Part shown: piece after piece, positions 1 through 8,802 of the stretch | Numbering within the stretch: the stretch's first letter is position 1 | Layout: the number at the start of each line of letters is the position of its first letter | Virus record (IMG/VR): IMGVR_UViG_3300001605_000024 | Coordinates: 1-64,000 of that record | Direction: 5' to 3' (one strand) | DNA: 64,000 bases | Source: an uncultured virus (IMG/VR IMGVR_UViG_3300001605_000024) | Lineage: Duplodnaviria; Heunggongvirae; Uroviricota; Caudoviricetes | Translations under genes and position numbers: made by a program | Notes under the pieces: generated by a model | What the model was told of the DNA's origin: nothing | The model's database searches: none | The model's input: only the letters and a program-made list of their open reading frames with translations

Positions 1-396
1 TTCGCTACAAATTTTGCAGGAGAAATTCAAGGTAAAACCGCGGCTCATGGTAAAATAGGACAGGGTGCTATTAATGATATTTTAAAACAAAATAATCTTT
101 CTACATTAATGTCTGCTAAAGAAGTTCAAGATAACTTAAAAAATCAAGATACACAATTCATTAAAGATTATTTTAATATTTATTCTAAATTAGTCGAAGC
201 TATTAGTTTAGAAGAATTTAATAATATTCTTGATAAAAAAGATTTAAATTATTTAGTTAGTAAATACTTATCTCTAAAACTAACATCAATAATAAACAAT
301 CAAAATAAAACTATCCAAGATGAAGTTATATCTGATATAATTAGATATGCCTCATCATCAACCAAATCCAGTTCAGTATTTATAAAAATATCTTAA
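1..396 (+). CDS. Hypothetical phage protein, 5'-truncated by the window edge
   Basis: Frame is open from base 1 (FATNFAGEIQGKTAAHGKIG...) to the stop at 396, so the listed ATG at 109 is internal. Confidence 0.7.
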   Translation, partial: FATNFAGEIQGKTAAHGKIGQGAINDILKQNNLSTLMSAKEVQDNLKNQDTQFIKDYFNIYSKLVEAISLEEFNNILDKKDLNYLVSKYLSLKLTSIINNQNKTIQDEVISDIIRYASSSTKSSSVFIKIS

Positions 397-399
397 ATT

Positions 400-1023
400 A
401 TGTGCAGCTGCGGGTGTAATACGTGTGAAACCAAAGTTAGAGGTCCTTTACTTACCGAAGGTAAAATAAAATCTTTATTATCTGAAGGTTTACAATACCA
501 TATAAATAAAAAAATACCCTTATTTGAAACTGTATATCGTATAGGTTCAGAAAAACATTTAGCGTTAATTAAAGAAGCACGTAAAATGTATTCTAGAGGT
601 ATAATTAATTTATGTGAAGATGATGAACATATAATCAAAACCCATTTAGGTGAATTTGGAATATATGAAGATGAAACTGTACCTTTGGATTTACCAATGG
701 TAGAAAAAGATAACATTAATGAGGCTGAATATCAAGGTAAAGATGTTCAATTAGGTAAACCTAAACGTGGAGGAGCTAAAAAATTCTATGTTTATGTTAA
801 AGATCCTAAAACTAAGAAAGTAAAAAAAGTATCTTTTGGCGCCGCAGGTGGTGGTCAAAATTTAAGAGTTAAATTTAAAGATCCTAAAGCACGAAAAGCC
901 TTTGCTAGTCGTCAAAATTGTGATCAAAAGAAAGATAGAACTAAACCTGGATACTGGAGTTGTAATCTTCCTCGTTATGCCTCTATTTTGGGATTAGGTA
1001 GTAACATGAATACTTTCTGGTAA
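400..1023 (+). CDS. Modular basic/Cys-containing phage protein, probable head-internal protein
   Basis: 207 aa; modules separated by L/I-x-E sites (LLTE, LLSE, NINE); basic C-terminal module YVYVKDPK...CDQKKDRTKPGYWSC; GTATTTATA motif at 376. Confidence 0.55.
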   Translation: MCSCGCNTCETKVRGPLLTEGKIKSLLSEGLQYHINKKIPLFETVYRIGSEKHLALIKEARKMYSRGIINLCEDDEHIIKTHLGEFGIYEDETVPLDLPMVEKDNINEAEYQGKDVQLGKPKRGGAKKFYVYVKDPKTKKVKKVSFGAAGGGQNLRVKFKDPKARKAFASRQNCDQKKDRTKPGYWSCNLPRYASILGLGSNMNTFW

Positions 1024-1024
1024 A

Positions 1025-1717
1025 ATGTCATATAATAGAACATATCAAATATCAGGAGAAATGGGTATAAATACCAAAATCTCCTCTCAATCTGAAGTAA
1101 TGTCTAACATACGTTCAATTGAAGGAATTACTATTGTGTCCTTTTCTCCAAAAGATGAAGATGATTCTTCTACAGATAATAGAAACCATAGAGGGGTATT
1201 AAATGTTAAATTTGATACTTTCCCATTTACTGAATTTGATAAAGAAACACAAATAAAAAATTTAGTTGATCGAATTCGTGAAATGCCTGCTGTAAATTAT
1301 TTCCGCCCGGGTAAAGTATCATTATTAGAAAACACGAAATTTAGTTCTATAATTAAGGAAATATTAGAAGAAAAAAAAGTAAAACGTGATAGATGTTTAC
1401 GGATAGCGGATCGTAAATTTGATAAACCTTCTGCCTACAAATCCGGGGCAGTAGTTAGATGTCGTCAAGGAAAAATATGGAAAGATTTAAAGGAAGATGA
1501 GTCACTTCATAAATGGTTCAAACGTCAAGGAGCACCAGGTAAAGAAGGTGGATGGGTAGATTGTAATGCTCCTATTAGAAAAGATGGTAAAATAACTGGA
1601 TATAAACCTTGTGGTAGAAAAAAAGATGAAGATAGAGCCAAATATCCTTCATGCCGTCCAACTGCTTCTAAGTGTAAAGATCCTGGTAAAGGTAAAACAT
1701 GGGGTAAAACAAAATAA
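1025..1717 (+). CDS. Modular protein with a basic Cys/Trp-rich C-terminal domain (DUF5872-like by recollection)
   Basis: AYKSGAVVRCR...LHKWFK...WVDC...KPCGR...YPSCRP; linkers LLE, IIKEILEE and DLKE. Confidence 0.5.
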   Translation: MSYNRTYQISGEMGINTKISSQSEVMSNIRSIEGITIVSFSPKDEDDSSTDNRNHRGVLNVKFDTFPFTEFDKETQIKNLVDRIREMPAVNYFRPGKVSLLENTKFSSIIKEILEEKKVKRDRCLRIADRKFDKPSAYKSGAVVRCRQGKIWKDLKEDESLHKWFKRQGAPGKEGGWVDCNAPIRKDGKITGYKPCGRKKDEDRAKYPSCRPTASKCKDPGKGKTWGKTK

Positions 1718-1718
1718 T

Positions 1719-2156
1719 ATGGATACTTTTGATTTAAGAAAATATTTAGCTGAAGGTAAATTATATGAGACAGATATGTCTTGTCCTTTAGCTACTCAAG
1801 ACTTAGAACTTAATACTAAAAACCGAGATTCAGCTATTAAAGCCGATTATATTAAATATGGTCCTTTAAATGTTGATGAACCCGGAGATTATTGGGAAGA
1901 ATTAGCTGAACATTGGGATACAACCATTGATGCTGCTAAAAAATCATTATGTGGAAATTGCGCGGCTTTTGATATTTCTCCAAGAATGGAAGAATGCATG
2001 CCTGGGTCTTTACAAGATGAAGATGGTAAATTAGGATACTGTTGGATGCATAGTTTCAAATGTCATTCCGCTCGTACTTGCAGAACATGGGCTAAAGGTG
2101 GTCCTATCATAGATAATAAAATATCAAAAGACTGGCAAAAACGTAAAGGTGAATAA
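1719..2156 (+). CDS. Cys-rich, probably metal-binding protein with FDLRKYLAE leader
   Basis: ATG at 1719 follows the upstream stop and is preferred over 1611; contains CGNC...GYC...FKC...TCRTW. Confidence 0.6.
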   Translation: MDTFDLRKYLAEGKLYETDMSCPLATQDLELNTKNRDSAIKADYIKYGPLNVDEPGDYWEELAEHWDTTIDAAKKSLCGNCAAFDISPRMEECMPGSLQDEDGKLGYCWMHSFKCHSARTCRTWAKGGPIIDNKISKDWQKRKGE

Positions 2157-2157
2157 T

Positions 2158-2595
2158 ATGATAAAACTTTTAGACATATTAAATGAAATAAGTCAAGAAG
2201 AAATATATCCTTTTGAAGAAGTTGATCAAGGGTATGATGAAGATGATAATTCATTACTTTTTATAGAATATGAATTTTCTACACCCCAATATCCCTATAA
2301 AGTAGTATTTTATTCTGGTGAGTATAACCCTGAAGATAAAACATTTGATTTATCCTTTGGGATTAATAAAGGTATGTTTAGTAAAATTGATACCTTTCAA
2401 ATGACTGGAGAAGGGAATGCTAAAAAAATTCTTAAAACTGTAGCAGCTATTATAGAAGAATTTTTATACCAATATGACACTGATGGGGCAGAAAATATAA
2501 TAATAAAACCCACAAGTGAGAAACGTAAAAAAATATATAATTTACTGTTACCTTTACTCTCACAAAATATAACATCTCAAGTTAAAATAGTATGA
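2158..2595 (+). CDS. Hypothetical protein with MIKLLDILNE leader (paralogue of 57587)
   Basis: ATG at 2158 follows the upstream stop; shares its leader and a C-terminal R-x-K-[IL]-YN pattern with the 57587 ORF. Confidence 0.65.
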   Translation: MIKLLDILNEISQEEIYPFEEVDQGYDEDDNSLLFIEYEFSTPQYPYKVVFYSGEYNPEDKTFDLSFGINKGMFSKIDTFQMTGEGNAKKILKTVAAIIEEFLYQYDTDGAENIIIKPTSEKRKKIYNLLLPLLSQNITSQVKIV

Positions 2596-2855
2596 TTCCT
2601 TATATAAATACTTCAACCACCCCAACTTCAGTTATACGTGAGTTTAGTTCTGAAGTAGATCCAATGGAACTTATATGGCATCAGGATAAAGAAGACCGTA
2701 CAATTGAAATATTAGAAGGAGAGGGTTGGCAATTTCAAAGAGATAACGAATTACCTTTGGCGCTCCAAAAAGGAGATATTATATTTATACCGGAATTTCA
2801 AGTACATAGAGTAATAAAAGGTAATACTGATTTAAAAATTAAAATAACAAAATAA
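2592..2855 (+). CDS. Small cupin-like protein
   Basis: WHQD...LEGEGW...GDIIFIP...HRVIKG fits the two cupin motifs; ATGA overlap with the upstream gene. Confidence 0.6.
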   Translation: MIPYINTSTTPTSVIREFSSEVDPMELIWHQDKEDRTIEILEGEGWQFQRDNELPLALQKGDIIFIPEFQVHRVIKGNTDLKIKITK

Positions 2856-3242
2856 TGGCAAAAGAAATACTAAGTGAAGAATTCCAAAGAATGCAAAAAT
2901 TGGCGGGATTAATAAATGAGCAGCAACTTGAATTAGATTTTGATCCCAATGCTATCAAATTAACTCCAGAGCAGAAAGAAGAATTTGATGAAGAAATAAA
3001 TGATTTTATTTATACCACAAATTGGGATTTTGCTTATAAACAATCTGGAAATATTTTAGCTAAGATTCTCACAGATTATAAAGCTAAAAGCTGGAAAGAT
3101 GTTCAAGAATATGGGTATAATCCTAAAGAAGTTAGAGATTTGGGTAGAAAACTAGCTGAAGAATTTTATGACAGTTAATAACAAAATAATGGCAAAAGAA
3201 ATACTAAGTGAAGAATTCCAAAAAATGCAAAAATTAGCAGGA
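2843..3242 (+). repeat. 66-bp direct repeat (2843-2908 and 3177-3242) covering the translation-initiation region and 18 leader codons
   Basis: aataacaaaataATGGCAAAAGAAATACTAAGTGAAGAATTCCAAA(G/A)AATGCAAAAATT(G/A)GC(G/A)GGA, 3 mismatches. Confidence 0.95.
2855..3178 (+). CDS. Putative head-internal protein with EEFQRMQKLAGL leader
   Basis: Leader shared with 3189, 48367 and the scaffold C-terminus. Confidence 0.6.
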   Translation: MAKEILSEEFQRMQKLAGLINEQQLELDFDPNAIKLTPEQKEEFDEEINDFIYTTNWDFAYKQSGNILAKILTDYKAKSWKDVQEYGYNPKEVRDLGRKLAEEFYDS

Positions 3243-3422
3243 ATTCAATTAAACGAAAGAATAAGTTTTGAGGCTATTGAAAGAATGGAAGGTTTAGCAA
3301 ATACGCAAGACTTAGCTTCTCTACAAGTCAAACTTCGTATACTATCCTCAGATTGGATGCAAGAGGGATTTGAGAAAGAAGACATTATAGACTACTTAGC
3401 ATATTTAGTAGACAATATTTAA
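3189..3422 (+). CDS. Putative head-internal protein with EEFQKMQKLAGI leader
   Basis: Start at 3189 is supported by the duplicated initiation region. Confidence 0.6.
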   Translation: MAKEILSEEFQKMQKLAGIQLNERISFEAIERMEGLANTQDLASLQVKLRILSSDWMQEGFEKEDIIDYLAYLVDNI

Positions 3423-3479
3423 TACAAACATTCAGACCGATTCATAGCCAGTCGTCCTTAACCGGAAAAAACTTATCGG

Positions 3480-3518
3480 AGCTGTGGCCCATTTATTTGG
3501 AGCCGCAGCTTTCTTTTT
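3480..3518 (+). terminator. Intrinsic terminator overlapping a promoter-like element
   Basis: AGCTGTGGC (3480-3488) pairs with GCCGCAGCT (3502-3510) and is followed by TTCTTTTT; TTTG 3496-N20-TATATTCA 3520. Confidence 0.75.
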
Positions 3519-3546
3519 ATATATTCACTAAGTAATTTAATATAAT

Positions 3547-4845
3547 ATGGACAAAAAGAAAATAGTAGTGATCGGGGGAGGAGTAGCAGGAGCTCATGCC
3601 ATTACAAAATTAGTAGATAATGGTTATCCCGGAGAACTCATCACTGTAATTGATATGGGTAAAGATCCATATAATCGAAAACCAGATGAAGTAATGTCAG
3701 GATGGTTAGGATGTGGAGGTTTCTCTGATGGTAAATTAACCTACCATCATATGATTGGGGGTCAATTATCTAAATACTGCGGTGAAGAAAAAGCATACCA
3801 ATTGATGGGTGAAGTAATAGAAACATGGAAACGTTTCCACCCTGACCCATCCAAAATTATGTACTCCAACCCAACTGAAGAACCTGATTTTATCAAACCC
3901 TACTTTGGTCTTCGTCTGTTTGGAGTATACCACATTGGTACTGATTACCTGCATGAAATCGGAAAACGATGGTATGATTATTTAGTATCTAAAGGTGTCA
4001 ACTTCCATTGGGAGACTAAAGTTGACAATATTTACTTTAATACTAACCAAATAGTAATAGGGCATAATTATCTTAAATATGATAAACTTATATTTGCTGT
4101 GGGTAAAAGTGGTATTGATTTTGCCCAGCAACTAGCAAATCAATATGAACTGCCCGATGAACCTAAATCCGTACAAATTGGTGTTCGGTTTGAGGCACCA
4201 CAACGTCACTTTCAAAAATTAATAGATATATCCTATGATTTTAAATTATATCGCAAGTATGAAGATGAAGGTGTATCACTTCGCTCATTCTGTACAAATA
4301 ATAATGCAGCATATGTGGCTGTAGAGGAAACATATGGTGATGTCAGTTACAACGGACATGCAAAGAAAGATGAACGTTATAGAAATAACATGACTAATTT
4401 TGGCATTTTAATGGAAATTAAAGGTATTGAAGATCCATTTGAATGGTCTAGAAATTTAGTTGCTAATGTTAATGCTAGCGGAACTGGTTTATATTATTCA
4501 CCATCTAGACGTCCCTCTCTAACATCTGAAGGTGAGAGAGTATCAGCAGTTATGCTTAACTCTAAACAATTAGAAGACATAGTTAAACCTGCTTTTAAAG
4601 GATATTTTAGATATATTGAAGATTTTATTGAGGATATGAAAAAAATATTTCCAACATTAGAAGATGATTGGTCTATATATATTCCGGAAGTAAAATATTT
4701 ATCACCTGAACCGCTTGTAGATTACACTAACTTAGCCTTGACTAAATTTCCTAATGTACACTTTGTAGGTGATGCTTTAAGTGCAAGAGGTATAACAGTA
4801 AGTGGAGCGCATGGTGTTTATGTAGCCGAGAGTATTTTAAGGTAA
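3547..4845 (+). CDS. FAD-dependent oxidoreductase (uncharacterised flavoprotein dehydrogenase family)
   Basis: N-terminal VVIGGGVAG Rossmann motif, GGFSDGKL, FCTNN, and C-terminal HFVGD...ARGITVSG. Confidence 0.85.
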   Translation: MDKKKIVVIGGGVAGAHAITKLVDNGYPGELITVIDMGKDPYNRKPDEVMSGWLGCGGFSDGKLTYHHMIGGQLSKYCGEEKAYQLMGEVIETWKRFHPDPSKIMYSNPTEEPDFIKPYFGLRLFGVYHIGTDYLHEIGKRWYDYLVSKGVNFHWETKVDNIYFNTNQIVIGHNYLKYDKLIFAVGKSGIDFAQQLANQYELPDEPKSVQIGVRFEAPQRHFQKLIDISYDFKLYRKYEDEGVSLRSFCTNNNAAYVAVEETYGDVSYNGHAKKDERYRNNMTNFGILMEIKGIEDPFEWSRNLVANVNASGTGLYYSPSRRPSLTSEGERVSAVMLNSKQLEDIVKPAFKGYFRYIEDFIEDMKKIFPTLEDDWSIYIPEVKYLSPEPLVDYTNLALTKFPNVHFVGDALSARGITVSGAHGVYVAESILR

Positions 4846-4910
4846 ATATTAAAAAAACTTCTTTCCCTGCTAGTTTGGCCTCTCCGGAGGCCTTACTTAA
4901 TTTCATAAAT

Positions 4911-5204
4911 ATGAAATACGAAAAATTCCATTTAATAGATACAGAAAGATATAATACCTTAATGGATATGATTCAAGATCCTCTATCCATAGGTATTGCT
5001 AAAGAATTAATAATGAATTCTGACACTCAAGATCTTATAACTGCCTTCTATGTTTGGGACTTAGTTCATAGAATTTATGATCCTGATTTCGTATCCTACA
5101 CTAGACATTTCAGATCTAGCGATGATTATAAAAAACTACAAAGAGAAATAGACCGAATAACCGGGCAAAAAACACCATTATACTCAGAAAAAAATTACTC
5201 ATAA
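4911..5204 (+). CDS. Hypothetical protein
   Basis: ATG at 4911 lies downstream of cassette copy 1; the listed TTG at 4875 lies inside the promoter. Confidence 0.65.
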   Translation: MKYEKFHLIDTERYNTLMDMIQDPLSIGIAKELIMNSDTQDLITAFYVWDLVHRIYDPDFVSYTRHFRSSDDYKKLQREIDRITGQKTPLYSEKNYS

Positions 5205-5260
5205 GTTTGGCCTCTCCGGAGGCCTTACTTATCTTTAGGTATTAAATAAAAATAAATGTT

Positions 5261-6439
5261 ATGTCTAAAAAGCAAAATCTAGTTGCACTCAATGTTAATG
5301 AACTTAGAGAGTTCTTAACCCACATCATCGAGAATAATAGAGTGATCCAATCCCAAGGAAAATCACCGGTTTCAATTGAAGTAATTGGTGATTCCGGTAT
5401 TGGAAAAACATCTTCTATTATCCAATTGGCTAAGGAATTGGAATTGAGTTTTGTTAAGCTTAACTTATCTCAAATTGAAGAAATTGGAGATTTAGTAGGT
5501 TTCCCAATTCGCCAGTTTGAAATGAGTATGGATGATATCAAAACTTGGGTTGATGAACATGCGGTTGATGAATACAGAAAATTAGGATACAGATCCACAG
5601 GCAAAAATCAGATGAGTTATTGCCCACCAGAATGGATTAGTAATAAGGAAAATGGTGGGATATTGTTATTGGATGATTGGAATAGAGCTGATATCCGATT
5701 CATTCAAGCTGTTATGGAATTAATTGATAGACAACAGTATATTAGTTGGAGTCTGCCTAAAGATTGGCATATTATTTTAACTGCTAATCCTGATAATGGT
5801 GATTATTTAGTCTCTAGTATTGATAACGCCCAAAAAACACGATTTATCTCTATCCAACTGAAATATGATATTGACTGTTGGGCTAAATGGGCTGAAGAAA
5901 ATCAAATTGATGGTAGATGTATTAACTTTATGTTATTACATCCTGAACTAGTTACTAAGGAAGTTAACAGTAGAAGTGTATCAATGTTTTTTAATTCAAT
6001 TTCATCACTTAAGAGTTTTGAAACTTCACTTCCTCTTATTCAGATGATTGGAGAAGGGTCAGTAGGTCCTGAATTTAGTTCTATGTTTACTATGTTCATT
6101 AATAATAAACTAGACAAAATGATTTCTCCTCAAAATATTATGGAACAAGATGAGAAATATGTTTTAAATACTTTAAAATCAATTGTGGGTAAAGATGATA
6201 AGTATAGAGCAGATCTAGCCTCAACTTTATCAACCCGAATTATTAACTATTTGGATATTTTCTCTAAAAGTAATCCTGTTGAAAAATCTATTATTGATCG
6301 AATTTCAACCCTAGTTAATGAAAAAATATTTACCAATGATATTTGTTATAACATGATTAGATCCATTTATAATAATAATCCTAATAAATTTAAAACCATG
6401 ATGATGGATAAAAATTTAGTGGCGTATATTATGAAGTAA
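5261..6439 (+). CDS. MoxR-type AAA+ ATPase
   Basis: Walker A GDSGIGKT, GDLVGFP, Walker B variant LLLDDWNRA, sensor-1 TANP, and AQKTRF Arg finger. Confidence 0.85.
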   Translation: MSKKQNLVALNVNELREFLTHIIENNRVIQSQGKSPVSIEVIGDSGIGKTSSIIQLAKELELSFVKLNLSQIEEIGDLVGFPIRQFEMSMDDIKTWVDEHAVDEYRKLGYRSTGKNQMSYCPPEWISNKENGGILLLDDWNRADIRFIQAVMELIDRQQYISWSLPKDWHIILTANPDNGDYLVSSIDNAQKTRFISIQLKYDIDCWAKWAEENQIDGRCINFMLLHPELVTKEVNSRSVSMFFNSISSLKSFETSLPLIQMIGEGSVGPEFSSMFTMFINNKLDKMISPQNIMEQDEKYVLNTLKSIVGKDDKYRADLASTLSTRIINYLDIFSKSNPVEKSIIDRISTLVNEKIFTNDICYNMIRSIYNNNPNKFKTMMMDKNLVAYIMK

Positions 6440-6521
6440 AATCTTCAAATCTTCTCCTACCCTAAGTTTGGCCTCTCCGGAGGTCTTACTTATCTTTAGG
6501 TATTAAATAAAAATAAATGTT

Positions 6522-7622
6522 ATGAGCGTTATTAATAGTACTGTATTTCATCCTTATAGAAGTAGTTATCATCCACATGTTTCTCTATCCTTAGGTAGAA
6601 GTAAAGCTCGGATAGTTTTAACTCCTAAGGAACATCAAAAGATTATTTCATTCCTTAAAAATGCATTATCTACTTCCCATGAAATAAAATTTGGAAAAAA
6701 AGCATATTTAGGATCTTCTTCTAATCTCCCACGTCATAAAGTTAAAGAATATTTTACTAACAATAAAATCCATAAAACTTCTAGACTAGAACAAGCAAAT
6801 ACTATTATCATCAGTAAAAATAGTATTCAAGAACTTTATACATACTTAAAAAATTCCAAAGAAAATGATTATTTTATGCCATATGATAAAGTATATACTA
6901 TTAATGATAATAATGACAAAAAATATCTTCTTACTATTTGTAATTCCTCCTATATTTCACCTCCTTCATCTAATTTATCTTGGTATATAGCAATTAATCC
7001 CAATAACCAACCCCAAGTATCTTCAGAATTAGATAGATTTTTATCTAAATATCAATCTCAAACTTTATATTTAGATGTTAATTACTCTAAAAATTCTACA
7101 ATTATTGATACTTATAAAGTAATATGGGATCTACTTAAATATCCTAATATTAATATTATTTTTGATGAAGATATTCTTCCTATCTTTAACCAGAATGGGT
7201 TAGAATTTAATCAAGATTATATAACTACTTTAGATAGTATGTTTGAAAGTGAGGATCAAGAAAATATTAACCTTGCTTTGGAGATGTTGTCTAATATTGA
7301 TTTAGAAAAATATTCACTAGCTTTAGCTATGTTTTTAAATAAACATGCCGGTATATTTTATAAAGGTAGTGGTTTAAATATCTATCAAAATAGAAGTTTT
7401 AAAAGTTTTATAAAATATTTTGATTCTAAAAATATTAATTTTAGATCTCATTGGAAAAAATTCACTGTAGGATTATTACAAGAATATAAAGATGATCCTC
7501 AAAGTATAGAAATTATCCATAATTTTATTATTCAAAATATTAACACATATTTAAAATCTTCTAATGATATTAAGGCATCAAATTGGATTAAAATTGAAAA
7601 TTGTACTATAAAACTTAAATAA
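6522..7622 (+). CDS. Hypothetical protein in the MoxR/VWA cassette
   Basis: 366-aa ORF behind repeat copy 3; possible BRCT-like segment (weak). Confidence 0.6.
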   Translation: MSVINSTVFHPYRSSYHPHVSLSLGRSKARIVLTPKEHQKIISFLKNALSTSHEIKFGKKAYLGSSSNLPRHKVKEYFTNNKIHKTSRLEQANTIIISKNSIQELYTYLKNSKENDYFMPYDKVYTINDNNDKKYLLTICNSSYISPPSSNLSWYIAINPNNQPQVSSELDRFLSKYQSQTLYLDVNYSKNSTIIDTYKVIWDLLKYPNINIIFDEDILPIFNQNGLEFNQDYITTLDSMFESEDQENINLALEMLSNIDLEKYSLALAMFLNKHAGIFYKGSGLNIYQNRSFKSFIKYFDSKNINFRSHWKKFTVGLLQEYKDDPQSIEIIHNFIIQNINTYLKSSNDIKASNWIKIENCTIKLK

Positions 7623-7627
7623 AGGTT

Positions 7628-8800
7628 ATGGATAATATATATCAAGAAATAGCTAAGCAATCTAAATTATTGATGCTTAAAGAACCATTTTATGGTTTAG
7701 TTCTTATTTCTCTTAATAAAGAACTAACATCAGGAATTCAAACTGCTTGTGTTACACCTGATGGTATTAATGTTAAATTATGTGTTAATCCTCAATTTTG
7801 GTTAGAATTAGATGAAAAAACTAAATTGGCAGTTTTAAAACATGAATTGCTCCATATAGTATTTTTCCATCTATCTCATTTTGATAGATTTTCTAATAAA
7901 AAATTATACAATGTAGCCGCAGATTTAGAAATCAATCAATATATTGAATCTGAATATAAGGGAAAAAAATGGGAAGGATTAGAATATAATAAAGGTATAT
8001 TTGAAGAATTAAATCTTCTTCCAAAACAAGGAACTAAATATTACTATGATGCGCTTCAAACTGAAATGGATCAAAATCCTGATAGTGAAGTATCTCAATT
8101 TCTTAAAAATATAGAAAATGATTGTCATGATTTGTGGGATACTATGGAAGAAATGGGTGAAGCAGAACGTAAATTAATTCAAAAACAAATCGATCATCAA
8201 TTAAAAGAAATATCTTCTGAAGTATCTAAGAAAAATAGAGGACTAATCCCATCAGAATTAAGCCAATATATTAATTCTTTATTTGAAATAACTGAACCCT
8301 CATTAGATTGGAAATCATATTTAAGAAGATTTAGTTCCCAATCTATTAAAATTATAACCAAAAAAAGTAGACACAAACCTAATAAACGATTTTCAGATAA
8401 TCCTGCTCTAAAAATTAAACCTAAAAAAAATACTTTAGTTGCCATCGATACTTCAGGTTCCGTTTCTAACGAAGAATTAGTTGAATTTTTCAATGAAATA
8501 TACCATATTTACAAATCCGGTACCGATGTTACTATAATTGAATGTGACGCTAAAATACAGCGAATTTATGAATATAAAGGTAAATTAGAAGAATTATCAG
8601 TTAAAGGTAGAGGGGGAACTGATTTTGAACCTGTATTTAAATATTGGAGTGAGAATAACAAATACAATAATTTAATTTACCTTACAGATGGAGAATGTTC
8701 ATCTCCAGAAACAAAAATATTAAAACCTACTTTATGGGTTCATAGTTCCAAATCTGAAATAAACGAAACACTACCTGGTTCTAAAATAAAAATAAACTAA
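7628..8800 (+). CDS. Putative metallopeptidase plus VWA domain protein (DUF2201-type)
   Basis: HELLH (HExxH), NVAADLEINQ, MIDAS DTSGS, GRGGTDF, YLTDG. Confidence 0.85.
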   Translation: MDNIYQEIAKQSKLLMLKEPFYGLVLISLNKELTSGIQTACVTPDGINVKLCVNPQFWLELDEKTKLAVLKHELLHIVFFHLSHFDRFSNKKLYNVAADLEINQYIESEYKGKKWEGLEYNKGIFEELNLLPKQGTKYYYDALQTEMDQNPDSEVSQFLKNIENDCHDLWDTMEEMGEAERKLIQKQIDHQLKEISSEVSKKNRGLIPSELSQYINSLFEITEPSLDWKSYLRRFSSQSIKIITKKSRHKPNKRFSDNPALKIKPKKNTLVAIDTSGSVSNEELVEFFNEIYHIYKSGTDVTIIECDAKIQRIYEYKGKLEELSVKGRGGTDFEPVFKYWSENNKYNNLIYLTDGECSSPETKILKPTLWVHSSKSEINETLPGSKIKIN

Positions 8801-8802
8801 TC

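Larger units (their letters stand above)
4872..6524 (+). repeat. Three copies of a promoter/hairpin cassette (4872-4899, 5202-5263, 6463-6524)
   Basis: TAAGTTTGGCCTCTCCGGAGG(C/T)CTTACTTATCTTTAGGTATTAAATAAAAATAAATGTTATG; copies 2 and 3 are 62 bp with 1 mismatch, and copy 1 shares 28 bp. Confidence 0.95.

Noticed and set aside
1611..1718. Upstream starts in the track at 1611, 3168, 4875 and 59929
   Set aside because: They overlap upstream genes, promoters or hairpins; downstream ATGs at 1719, 3189, 4911 and 59950 fit better.
3433..3490. Assignment of the 3.4-kb RNA element to preQ1-I, SAM-II/V, pistol or HDV-like families
   Set aside because: There is only superficial resemblance and the conserved core nucleotides could not be matched by eye, so it is kept as an unassigned candidate.
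4872..6524. CRISPR-like array from the palindromic repeats
   Set aside because: There are only three copies, separated by whole genes, and each fits a promoter ending at a start codon.
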